64,000 nucleotides of DNA from Clostridia bacterium (GTDB lineage Bacteria > Bacillota > Clostridia > Oscillospirales > Acutalibacteraceae): contig JAFQWA010000029.1 in the NCBI GenBank assembly GCA_017407705.1, positions 1,628-65,627 of the forward strand. Reading direction: 5' to 3'. Numbering within the stretch: the stretch's first letter is position 1; every line of letters starts with the position of its first letter. Below the pieces are notes generated by a model, which saw only the letters and a program-made list of their open reading frames with translations, was not told the origin of the DNA and did no database searches. Both the position numbers and the translations under genes were made by a program. This document shows positions 28,621-37,180 of this stretch, one piece after another.

Positions 28621-29448
28621 TTAAATAATTTGTTTTCTAAAGGTGGTCGGTGACATTCCCGTGTTGTTCTTAAAAGACGTCACAAACCCCGATTCACTGG
28701 AAAATCCCGTTTTAAAAGCAATTTCCTTGATCTGCATATCGGTGGTTTTCAGCAAACGCTGAGCCTCGTTTATGCGAACCTTTATAAGATATTCGTGGGG
28801 TGAAAATCCCACAAACTGTTTAAACACTCTGCTAAAATGAAACGGGCTTAAGGATGCACTGTCGGCAATATCCTCTAAGCTGATGGGCTTGTCATAATTG
28901 GCAGCAATAAATTTCACCGCATTGCTTATACCGTCATCAGTATGACCGTATGCCAAGCCCGACGCATTATCTAAAACATAGCAGAGCATAGTATGTATTT
29001 TAACCGAAATATCCGCATTAGTCAACGCAGTGCCGTTCTTTCTGCACATTACAATGTCAACTAAATTTTTCTCCACCATATCCACATCTGCATCCTGCAC
29101 CACATTAGCCTGACGTAAGTCTGCAAATCGGCAAATATCCTGAGAACTGGCGCCGTTAAAATGCACCCAATAAAAGTTGAAATATTCATCTGATCCGTAA
29201 ATATGAGGCCGTGAGCAGTTGATAAGCGCCAGACACCCTTTTTTTAGCTCCAGCTTATTGCCGCCCGACTCCGCATAACCTCTGCCCTCAACCACATAAA
29301 GCAGCAAATTCCAATCGTATCGGCTACGGTCGATATGATAACCCCCGTGGGTCACCTGCACTCCGCAAAGACTGGAATGAAACAGCATATTAGCGTCCGA
29401 CGGGTTTACGGTATCGAAAAACACCTCACTCTTTTCAGCTATCCACAT
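28621..29448 (-). CDS. AraC family transcriptional regulator (cupin sensor plus dual HTH)
   Basis: N-terminal AraC-type ligand-binding barrel. C-terminal SLSPFHFSRVFKQFVGFSPHEYLIKVRINEAQRLL ... GFSSESGFVTSFK. Confidence 0.9.
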   Translation of the reverse strand: MWIAEKSEVFFDTVNPSDANMLFHSSLCGVQVTHGGYHIDRSRYDWNLLLYVVEGRGYAESGGNKLELKKGCLALINCSRPHIYGSDEYFNFYWVHFNGASSQDICRFADLRQANVVQDADVDMVEKNLVDIVMCRKNGTALTNADISVKIHTMLCYVLDNASGLAYGHTDDGISNAVKFIAANYDKPISLEDIADSASLSPFHFSRVFKQFVGFSPHEYLIKVRINEAQRLLKTTDMQIKEIAFKTGFSSESGFVTSFKNNTGMSPTTFRKQII

Positions 29449-29569
29449 ATTATCACCTATACAGCAATTTTTTTAAATAAAACAGCAACATTCTTAAATT
29501 TACTTTGTGTATAATTATAATATACAAAGCAAGAAAATGCAATTCTGATTTTAGAAAGAAGGATGTTTT

Positions 29570-30697
29570 ATGAGCATTACTCCTATTCGTGAAAAATGGA
29601 AAGGCACTATGACCGAACGTGAGCGCTTTAATAATCAGATGAATTATAAGAGCTTTGACCGTAGTTTTAATATGGAGTTCGGCTACTGGGATGAAAACTA
29701 CAAAACCTGGAAATGCTTTTTGGATAACGGCATTACCAGTGAGTGGCAGGCTAACCAGTTCTTCAACTTTGACAGAATAGACGGTGTTTGGGAGAAGGTG
29801 GAGATACATCCCGGCTTTCAGGAGAAGATCATCTCCGAAACCGATACCCATTACATAATGCAAAACAGTGAGGGACTTATCGGTGAGTTGTCTAAAACCG
29901 GCGGTGAGTCTATCCCCCGATTTGAACGGTCATCTATTCAAACTCCTGATGACTGGAAGCGTGTTAAGGAATTGTATTTTGATATTAACCACCCTGACAG
30001 AAAGGTGGATATTGCTGCACTTAAGGCTATTCACGGTGATGATGCAACCCGTGATTATCCTTTGGGTATTTACTGCGGTTCTATGATCGGCAAGATCCGA
30101 AATCTTTTAACCTTTGAGGGTCTTTGCTATGCAGTTTACGATTATCCCGATATGGTGGAGGATATGGTGGAGACCCACTGTCAGCTGGTGGAGAACTGTC
30201 TGGACCAGGTACTTCCTTATTTTCAGTTTGACTATGCCAGCGGCTGGGAGGACATTTGCTTTAAAAACGGCCCTATCGTATCCCCTGACTTTTTCAAGAA
30301 CGTAATTATGCCCCGTCTAAAACGCATTGGTGACAAGCTGAAGGCTGCGGGAATTAAGATCTGGTACACCGACTGTGACGGTGACGTACGTCCGTTGCTG
30401 CCTTATATGATGGAGGCAGGTATTAACTGTCTGTTCCCCTTTGAGGTAAACGGCTGCTCACATCCTGCTGAGCTTATGGCTGAGTATAAGGGTGAGCTGA
30501 GAATAATGGGCGGTATTGATAAGATACAGCTAAAAGCAGGTAAAGACGAGATCAAGGCTTACCTGAAATCTGTTGAAAAATTAGTGGCAGACGGCGGATA
30601 TATCCCCTTCTGCGATCACCGTTGCCCACCGGATGTAAGTGAAGAAAATTATTTCTACTATCTTGACTTAAAAGAGAGAATGTTTGGAATCAAATAA
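29570..30697 (+). CDS. Uroporphyrinogen decarboxylase (URO-D) family protein
   Basis: 375 aa. The C-terminal half (WEDICFKNGP ... WYTDCDGD ... CLFPFE ... FCDHRCPPD) has a URO-D/methyltransferase-like TIM layout. Divergent from AraC. RBS GAAGGA. Confidence 0.7.
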   Translation: MSITPIREKWKGTMTERERFNNQMNYKSFDRSFNMEFGYWDENYKTWKCFLDNGITSEWQANQFFNFDRIDGVWEKVEIHPGFQEKIISETDTHYIMQNSEGLIGELSKTGGESIPRFERSSIQTPDDWKRVKELYFDINHPDRKVDIAALKAIHGDDATRDYPLGIYCGSMIGKIRNLLTFEGLCYAVYDYPDMVEDMVETHCQLVENCLDQVLPYFQFDYASGWEDICFKNGPIVSPDFFKNVIMPRLKRIGDKLKAAGIKIWYTDCDGDVRPLLPYMMEAGINCLFPFEVNGCSHPAELMAEYKGELRIMGGIDKIQLKAGKDEIKAYLKSVEKLVADGGYIPFCDHRCPPDVSEENYFYYLDLKERMFGIK

Positions 30698-30712
30698 CAA
30701 GGAGCTACTATT

Positions 30713-31693
30713 ATGACACCAAAGCAAAGATTTTTAACTGCTCTAAAAGGCGGTATTCCTGATGATAAGATCGCCCGTATGGAGCTTGAGTTCCATTTGT
30801 TTAAAGAATTTTTAGGCAAGGAACCCATTTGTGGTGAGGAATATGCAAAGCTTTCCAAAAAGGAAAAGGATATTGCTCTTAATGAAAACGCACAGATGAT
30901 AGTTGAGATCAACCAAATCTGCGGACTTGACGCTATTCGTGAGATCGGCGGCTACTGGGAGGTGGCTCCCGGTGTGGGTGCATATTTGTGGTTGCCTGAG
31001 GAAGAGGATCAGATCAATCAGCTTAAAGCCATTAAAAAGGCGGCAGGTGATGAGTATGCCATAATCGGTACCGGCGGCGGTACTATGTCACTGCCTGACG
31101 GTAACAGCATCAACGATTTTGTTATCGACTTGTTTGAGGAGCCCGAGAAGATCCACGCTCAGAATGAGCGTATGCTGACAGACAACGCCATTCACGAACA
31201 AAAATTAGTTGAAGCGGGTTTGGTTGATGCCATTATCAACTGCGGTGACGTGGCGTTCAACTCAGGTCCCTTTATCTCGCCCGATATGATGGATGAGTTT
31301 TTCTTCCCTTATTTTAACCGCTGGGTGGAGCGTGTGCACAGCTTTGGTGTGCCTGCCATCTGGCATACCGACGGTAATATTATGCCGCTGATGGACCGTG
31401 TGCTTCAAAGCGGTGTTGATGCTATCCAGTGTATTGACCCGTTAGCTTCTATGGACATTGTGGAGTTGATTAAGCAGGTTGAGGGCAAGCTTACTCTTAT
31501 CGGTAACTTAGACTGCTCGGTACTGCAGTTTGGCCCTGAAGGCGATATTGACGCACTGGCAAAACGTATTATTGAAAACTGCAAGGATAAAAAAGGATTT
31601 ATTTTCAGCTGCTGCAACGTTATCTTTAAGGGTATTCCAAAGCATCATTATCAGTCGCTAATAAACGCCGTTGAGAAATACGGTAGCATATAA
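30713..31693 (+). CDS. Uroporphyrinogen decarboxylase (URO-D) family protein
   Basis: 326 aa. MTPKQRFLTALKGGIPD ... IWHTDGNI ... DAIQCIDP ... FSCCNV is typical of URO-D-family proteins. RBS AAGGAG. Starts 15 nt after the previous gene. Confidence 0.75.
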   Translation: MTPKQRFLTALKGGIPDDKIARMELEFHLFKEFLGKEPICGEEYAKLSKKEKDIALNENAQMIVEINQICGLDAIREIGGYWEVAPGVGAYLWLPEEEDQINQLKAIKKAAGDEYAIIGTGGGTMSLPDGNSINDFVIDLFEEPEKIHAQNERMLTDNAIHEQKLVEAGLVDAIINCGDVAFNSGPFISPDMMDEFFFPYFNRWVERVHSFGVPAIWHTDGNIMPLMDRVLQSGVDAIQCIDPLASMDIVELIKQVEGKLTLIGNLDCSVLQFGPEGDIDALAKRIIENCKDKKGFIFSCCNVIFKGIPKHHYQSLINAVEKYGSI

Positions 31694-31960
31694 AAAACAA
31701 CGCCTGACGGACTTGCGTGTTCTCCGTTAAGGATAACACGCAACGATATAAATCCCTTTCGGGATTTGCGAGATACGCTGTGGCGTACGATATATCTTCG
31801 ATGCGATATGCTTTTTGGCATTCCTTGCCGCAGGCAAGATATGTCAAAAAGCGTAGGAAGGATTTATATCATATCGCTACTAAAGCGAAGCAAAGGTAAT
31901 ATCGCATTTGAGCGCAAGCGAAAATATATCATGTTTGCATAAGCAAACATATCGCCTAAC
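31694..31960. other. Hairpin-dense non-coding stretch (candidate structured RNA or 3' UTR)
   Basis: At least six local stem-loops, for example 31715-31741, 31750-31767, 31774-31787, 31811-31851 (nested) and 31931-31950. Repeated GCGATAT/ATATCGC words. An 11-nt inverted repeat (31699-31709 / 32030-32040) closes the region. Confidence 0.3.
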
Positions 31961-32010
31961 AAAAAAAGAGAGAGAGAACATTTTGGCTTTTCCGATTTGT
32001 TCTCTCTCTT
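31961..32010 (-). terminator. Rho-independent terminator of the third binding-protein gene (possibly bidirectional)
   Basis: AGAGAGAGAACA / TGTTCTCTCTCT stem, followed on the minus strand by CTTTTTTT. Confidence 0.8.
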
Positions 32011-32043
32011 TGATTGTAATATAGACTTGCGTCAGGCGTTATT

Positions 32044-33606
32044 TTATTTTGCTGTGATAATGTAGTCTTTCCAGGCGGATAAATATTCTTGCTCTAACTG
32101 TAAGCCATAGGTATCTATCGCCCACTGAGCGTCTTTTCCCTCTTTAACCACCTTATTTACTATATCCTCTGTTTTTATTTCAGCGTTTTGTCTTTCGGCA
32201 TAAGCAATCAAATTCACATAAGACTTATATTCATTATTGTTGAATTTAAGATTTGCCAAGCACTTCATTTCAAGTGAGTTAAGCCTTAAAATATTCCTAT
32301 ACTTTAATTGAATATCTCGATCTTTAAAGCGTGATGCCAGTCGGTAGATCTCGTTTCTTATAAACAATATCTTAGCGGCATCTGTTGCCTTTGGAGCAGG
32401 AATAAACTCAGCATATTTTATCTGCTTTTGAGTTACATATATCTGCCCTGCCTTGGGTGTGGGGAACGGTGCTACGCCTACTGTAAACTCATTGGTATCT
32501 TTGGGCGAACCAATCTGCGTAATACCCGATGCCAAAAACATTGCCAATTCGCCACTTGCAAACTTTTTAAGCAGTGTATCACGGGGCACATTCTCGTCTA
32601 ATATGTTTAAAACGGAATTTTTAGTCCAGACGGACAATGTGTTCAAAGCATTTCTTGCAGCAGTGGAGTCGATATTGGTTTTTACAGCTCCGGGGATCGC
32701 AGGAACCAAGGCTCCGCCACCGGAAATAACCATTGATGCGTAAAAATCATTGTAGTCTGTGTGGCAAGACAGACCGATCACATTGTTAGAGCTAAGCTTT
32801 TTAGCATAGCTTTCCATAACCTCCCAGGTCCACTGACGTTTCTCTGCAAGAGCGGCAGGATCTGCAAGTCCTGCTTTTTTTATCATATCCTTGTTGTATA
32901 AAATCACATAAGGCTCAAGGTCATCCTCTGCCCAAGCATACTGTCCGCCGTTAACGTTGAAAAACGTCCTTGCTTCCTGATTAAACCAAGTAAGTCTCAT
33001 ATCAACGCCCGACGTTGACATCGCCTTATTAAGATTGGTCATATAGTTTTGCCTTAAAAATCCGTAATAATTAACATCCTCGACCCTGTATATATCAGCA
33101 TCACACCTGCCGGATACTATAGCGGCTGCAACGGTTTCGGTGTAACCCTCATACATACCGCTTACAACTATATTAACGCCAAACTCTTTTTCTACCTCAA
33201 TTTCAACGTAAGCTGCAGCTTCGTAAAGTTCAGTTCCCGAAGCATAATTTCCCCAAGGGTTATGGATTTTAAGAGTATATCCCTTTAAGCCTTTGATAAA
33301 CGCCTGTGAGGGATTACCGTTTTGATCAGTGGTAAGCTTCGGTGCTGTGTGATAATGAGGATGTCCGCAAATCAGAATAAAATTACCATCATCAGATGAG
33401 GTAGTTGTTGCCACAGTGGTGGTAGAGGGAGTTGTTTGCTCGCTTGTTTGTGCAGTGGTATGATTTGTGGTGGTTGGTGTAGTGGTAGTTGTGGGTGTGG
33501 TTGTACCCTCTGCCTCATTGGTGTTTGTATCATTTATGCAGGAAGCGATTACAAAGGTAAAGCACAATGCCAAAGCAAACGCTACTATTCTTTTAGCTGT
33601 TGACAT
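32044..33606 (-). CDS. ABC transporter extracellular solute-binding lipoprotein (paralog 3, most diverged)
   Basis: Lipobox FVIASC and a Thr/Pro-rich linker. SBP family-1-like core (YNKDMIKKAGLADP ... WTW ... GELAMFL ... VAPFPTPKAG). Collinear with the two upstream paralogs. Confidence 0.85.
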   Translation of the reverse strand: MSTAKRIVAFALALCFTFVIASCINDTNTNEAEGTTTPTTTTTPTTTNHTTAQTSEQTTPSTTTVATTTSSDDGNFILICGHPHYHTAPKLTTDQNGNPSQAFIKGLKGYTLKIHNPWGNYASGTELYEAAAYVEIEVEKEFGVNIVVSGMYEGYTETVAAAIVSGRCDADIYRVEDVNYYGFLRQNYMTNLNKAMSTSGVDMRLTWFNQEARTFFNVNGGQYAWAEDDLEPYVILYNKDMIKKAGLADPAALAEKRQWTWEVMESYAKKLSSNNVIGLSCHTDYNDFYASMVISGGGALVPAIPGAVKTNIDSTAARNALNTLSVWTKNSVLNILDENVPRDTLLKKFASGELAMFLASGITQIGSPKDTNEFTVGVAPFPTPKAGQIYVTQKQIKYAEFIPAPKATDAAKILFIRNEIYRLASRFKDRDIQLKYRNILRLNSLEMKCLANLKFNNNEYKSYVNLIAYAERQNAEIKTEDIVNKVVKEGKDAQWAIDTYGLQLEQEYLSAWKDYIITAK

Positions 33607-33627
33607 AATAATTCCCCCTTTTATTTT

Positions 33628-33656
33628 AATATAACATACAAATACGTTATTTACAA
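33628..33656 (-). promoter_or_regulatory. Promoter of binding-protein paralog 3
   Basis: On the minus strand: TTGTAA (33656-33651), a 17-nt spacer, then an extended -10 TGtTATATT (hexamer at 33633-33628). Confidence 0.5.
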
Positions 33657-33726
33657 CTTTACCCTTTCACTTATTAGACGAAAGTTTTTAAAAATTCTCC
33701 CACCTGATTTTTAAAAAATTTATAAC

Positions 33727-33757
33727 AAAAACCCGTGGACTTAAAGTCCACGGGTTT
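33727..33757 (-). terminator. Rho-independent terminator after binding-protein paralog 2
   Basis: ACCCGTGGACT / AGTCCACGGGT stem with a 3-nt loop, followed on the minus strand by TTTTTG. Confidence 0.85.
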
Positions 33758-33775
33758 TAATTTATGAGTTAATCT

Positions 33776-35356
33776 TTATTTGCCAGTAATTTTCAGGCCT
33801 TTCCAGGTTGATGCATATTCCTGATCAATTACACTTGAGTAAGTGTCAATAGCAGCCTGAGGTGTTCTTGTTCCGTTAACAACCTCGTAAACTGTCCAGT
33901 CAGTACTTGCAGTAGCACCTGATTTTTCAGTCAAGGAAGTAACGTTGATAGCAGACTTAAATCCTGCTCTATCGAAAGCAATATTAGAGAAGTTAGTAAG
34001 ATCTTTGCTTCCTACGGGGAACATATCCTGATTGTTTATCTGGAACTCTCTATCCCACAAACGATAGCTTACACGGTACATCTCGTTTCTGATAAAGAGG
34101 ATCTTTGCAGCTGATGTAGCCTTAGGAGCGGGGATAAAGTCGATCCACTGGAGTTTTCTCTGAGTAACATAATCCTGACCTGCTTTAGGTGTGGGGAACG
34201 GAACGACGCCCATCTTAAATGTGGATTTGTAATTTCTGTAAGACTTATCAACTGTTCCGCCGAGGATCATAGCAAGCTCGCCCTTAGCAAACTTATTAGG
34301 AGCTTCCTGCCACATTTCTTGACCCTTCATTATGTTGAAAACAGCGTCATTCTTTGTCCAAGTTGCAAGAGTCTGCAAGCAGTTCTTAACAACAGCGGAT
34401 TTGATGTTTGACTTAGGAACTCCGTTATCAACAACTACCAATGAGCTGCCGCTGGAGATAACCATTGAAGCCAAGAAGTCAGTAACGGTAGTACCGCAGG
34501 AAAGACCCATAACTGATGCAGTAGTAAGCTTTTCGGAATAGGTTTTTAATTTATCCCAAGTCCACTGCTTTTTAGCAACCAAGTCAGCGGGATCTGTAAG
34601 ACCTGCTTTCTTGATCATATCTTTATTATAGTACAGATAGAAGGTCTGAGCAGAGTTGCTGCCCAACCAAGCATACTGACCGTTGTTAACGTTAAAGAAT
34701 TTCCTTGCATCCTGACTGTACCAAGGCTCTTTCATATCAACGCCTGAAGTGGTCATAGCTTTTGTAAGGTTAGCCATATACTTTTTGCTCAAATATGTAG
34801 CATAGTTAAAGTCCTGAACCTTGTAGATATCAGCATCAGGACGGCCTGATGTAATATTAGCAAATACTGTTTCAGCATAGCCTTCCCAGTTACCTGTCTG
34901 ATAGATCTCTACGCCAAACTCTTTTTCTACCTCAGTCTCAACGAAGGCTGCATCCTGATAAAGAGTAGTACCTGCAGCAGCGCCGGTCCAAGGATCAAAG
35001 ATCTTAAGAGTGTAGCCCTTAAGGCTCTTGATAAATGCAGCGCTTGCGTTACCGTTTTTATCGGTAGTACGTTTGATCTCATTACCGATGGTGCTGTATC
35101 CTTCAATATCTGTAACGGTTGCCACTGTAGGCATTTTTGTTGTAACAACAGTTCCCTTTGTTGTAGTCGCACCTGTTGCAACGGTTTCGTCACCGCCTGC
35201 AACTGTAGTTTCAACGTTTGCATCGCCCTGAGCTGCTGTTGTTGTAGCTGCTGTTGTTGCATCGCCACCAGTTGCGGGGTTTTTTGAGCAAGATGCAATC
35301 ACAAGAACAAAGCAAAGTGCCAGAACAAGTGCTAATGCTCTTTTCAGATAAGACAT
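33776..35356 (-). CDS. ABC transporter extracellular solute-binding lipoprotein (paralog 2)
   Basis: MSYLKRALALVLALCFVLVIASC lipobox. ATG 35356 has GGAGG upstream; the track start is 35398. Very similar to the 35534..37117 product over the full length. Confidence 0.88.
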   Translation of the reverse strand: MSYLKRALALVLALCFVLVIASCSKNPATGGDATTAATTTAAQGDANVETTVAGGDETVATGATTTKGTVVTTKMPTVATVTDIEGYSTIGNEIKRTTDKNGNASAAFIKSLKGYTLKIFDPWTGAAAGTTLYQDAAFVETEVEKEFGVEIYQTGNWEGYAETVFANITSGRPDADIYKVQDFNYATYLSKKYMANLTKAMTTSGVDMKEPWYSQDARKFFNVNNGQYAWLGSNSAQTFYLYYNKDMIKKAGLTDPADLVAKKQWTWDKLKTYSEKLTTASVMGLSCGTTVTDFLASMVISSGSSLVVVDNGVPKSNIKSAVVKNCLQTLATWTKNDAVFNIMKGQEMWQEAPNKFAKGELAMILGGTVDKSYRNYKSTFKMGVVPFPTPKAGQDYVTQRKLQWIDFIPAPKATSAAKILFIRNEMYRVSYRLWDREFQINNQDMFPVGSKDLTNFSNIAFDRAGFKSAINVTSLTEKSGATASTDWTVYEVVNGTRTPQAAIDTYSSVIDQEYASTWKGLKITGK

Positions 35357-35379
35357 AACTAATACCTCCAAAATCTGTT

Positions 35380-35398
35380 TTGTGTAAATCTTACACAA
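35380..35398. promoter_or_regulatory. Perfect 8-3-8 palindrome TTGTGTAA-atc-TTACACAA in the leader of paralog 2 (candidate operator)
   Basis: Read directly. It lies between the predicted -10 (35430-35435) and the RBS. Confidence 0.4.
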
Positions 35399-35429
35399 TA
35401 AAATAACAATGATCTGTTATTTTTATTTA

Positions 35430-35458
35430 ATTATACTATGGGACTTTATAAAATGCAA
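35430..35458 (-). promoter_or_regulatory. Promoter of binding-protein paralog 2
   Basis: On the minus strand: TTGCAT (35458-35453), a 17-nt spacer, then TATAAT (35435-35430). Confidence 0.6.
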
Positions 35459-35481
35459 TAGCAAAATGACTTTATTAAAAG

Positions 35482-35514
35482 AAAAAACCTGCCGAAAATC
35501 GGCAGGTTTTTTTT
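35482..35514 (-). terminator. Rho-independent (bidirectional) terminator after binding-protein paralog 1
   Basis: ACCTGCCGA / TCGGCAGGT stem flanked by A- and T-tracts. Confidence 0.85.
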
Positions 35515-35533
35515 GGTTATTTAAGATAAAATC

Positions 35534-37117
35534 TTATTTACCTGTGATTGTAAGACCCTTCCAAACTGACTCATACTCAGCCTCGATCATTGAGCCATAA
35601 GCGTCGATAGCAGCCTGAGGAGTTCTTGTTCCGGCAACAACCTCGCTTACAGTCCAGCTTGTACTTGCTGTAGCGTCAGATTTCTCTGTCAATGAAACGA
35701 AGTTTGTTGCAGTCTTGAAGTAAGACTTTCTGTTGTAAGTAATATCAGCAAGATCTGTCATCTCTTTACCGTTGAGCTTGAACATATCCTTGTTTCTGAT
35801 CTGGAAGTCTCTATCCCAGAAACGATAGCTTACACGATACATCTCGTTTCTGATGAAGAGGATCTTTGCAGCAGAAGTAGCTTTAGGAGCGGGGATGAAG
35901 TCCATATACTGAACTTTAGTCTGGCTAACGTAATCCTGACCTGCTTTAGGTGTGGGGAACGGAACAACGCCAACTGTGAAAGTAGCTTTCTGAGCTTTAT
36001 AAGCCTTAGCATTGTCACCGCCGAGGATCATAGCGAGCTCGCCTTTAGCAAACTTCTTGGGAGCTTCCTGCCACATTTCCTGACCCTTCATCATGTTAAC
36101 AACAGCGTCATTCTTTGTCCAAGTTGCAAGAGTCTGCAAGCAGTTCTTAACAACAGCGGATTTGATGTTTGACTTGGGTTTGCCGTTAACGATGCTTACC
36201 AATGAACCGCCACTGGAAATAACCATTGAAGCGAGGAAGTCAGCTGCAGTAGTACCGCATGAAAGACCGATAACAGAAGAACTGTTAAGTTTCTCAGCGT
36301 ATTTCTTCATCTGATCCCAAGTCCACTGTTTCTTAGCAACTAAGTCAGCGGGATCTGTAAGACCTGCTTTTTTGATCATATCCTTATTGTACATAATAAG
36401 GTAGGGGCTGCCTTCAGAACCTGCCCAAGCATACTGACCATCGTTAATGTTGAAGAATTTTCTTGCATCCTGGTTGTACCAAGGCTCTTTCATGTCAACA
36501 CCGGCTGTTCTCATAGCCTTTGTCATGTTAGCCATGTACTTTTTGCTTACGTAAGTAGCATAGTTGAAATCCTGAACCTTGTAGATATCAGCATCAGGAC
36601 GACCTGATGTGATATTGGCAAATACTGTTTCAGCATAGCCTTCCCAGTTACCTGTTTCATGGATCTCTACGCCGAACTCTTTCTCTACTTCAGTCTCAAC
36701 GTAAGCTGCAGACTGATAGATGTCTGATCCAGGTTCAGCACCCGGCCAAGGGTTATAGATCTTAAGAGTATAACCTTTAAGGCTCTTAATGAATGAAGCG
36801 CTTGCGTTACCGTTTTTGTCAGTGGTACGTTTGATCTCAGCATTGATCTTACTCATTGACGGATTATCGGTAACTGTCTCAACAACGGGGGCTTTTGTTG
36901 TTGTGCCAACTGTTCCACCCTTTGTTGTTGTTGCGCCTGTTGCAACGGTTTCACCGTTTGCAAGTGTTGTTTCGACATTTGCGTCGCCCTGAGCTGCTGT
37001 TGTTGTAGTTGTTGTGCCGTCATTGTTTCCTGCAGGCTCTTTCGGACCGCAAGCAGCAATCACAAGAACAAAACACAGTGCGAGCACAAGTGCCAAAGCT
37101 CTTTTCAGATAAGACAT
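35534..37117 (-). CDS. ABC transporter extracellular solute-binding lipoprotein (paralog 1)
   Basis: MSYLKRALALVLALCFVLVIAAC lipobox. ATG 37117 has GGAGG upstream. SBP family-1-like core. No terminator separates it from the upstream permease gene. Confidence 0.88.
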   Translation of the reverse strand: MSYLKRALALVLALCFVLVIAACGPKEPAGNNDGTTTTTTAAQGDANVETTLANGETVATGATTTKGGTVGTTTKAPVVETVTDNPSMSKINAEIKRTTDKNGNASASFIKSLKGYTLKIYNPWPGAEPGSDIYQSAAYVETEVEKEFGVEIHETGNWEGYAETVFANITSGRPDADIYKVQDFNYATYVSKKYMANMTKAMRTAGVDMKEPWYNQDARKFFNINDGQYAWAGSEGSPYLIMYNKDMIKKAGLTDPADLVAKKQWTWDQMKKYAEKLNSSSVIGLSCGTTAADFLASMVISSGGSLVSIVNGKPKSNIKSAVVKNCLQTLATWTKNDAVVNMMKGQEMWQEAPKKFAKGELAMILGGDNAKAYKAQKATFTVGVVPFPTPKAGQDYVSQTKVQYMDFIPAPKATSAAKILFIRNEMYRVSYRFWDRDFQIRNKDMFKLNGKEMTDLADITYNRKSYFKTATNFVSLTEKSDATASTSWTVSEVVAGTRTPQAAIDAYGSMIEAEYESVWKGLTITGK

Positions 37118-37180
37118 AACTAATACCTCCAAATTTTATTTATGCTAAATTTTAAAGCATACAAAGTAATAAGATTTTGG

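Noticed and set aside
29453-29863. 136-aa minus-strand ORF spanning the AraC / URO-D intergenic region
   Set aside because: It overlaps the well-supported + strand URO-D gene and the promoter region, and lacks an RBS.
31626-31899. Two overlapping ORFs (73 aa on the minus strand, 60 aa on the plus strand) in the convergent intergenic region
   Set aside because: They have no RBS and a composition driven by the hairpin repeats. The region is better explained as structured non-coding sequence.
33395-33530. Short-period ACC/ACT/GGT repeats (also about 35150-35290, 36890-37020 and 52370-52400), considered as tandem repeats or a CRISPR-like array
   Set aside because: They are in frame inside lipoprotein genes and encode Thr/Pro/Ala-rich linkers. 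There is no repeat-spacer periodicity, and no CRISPR array anywhere in the window.
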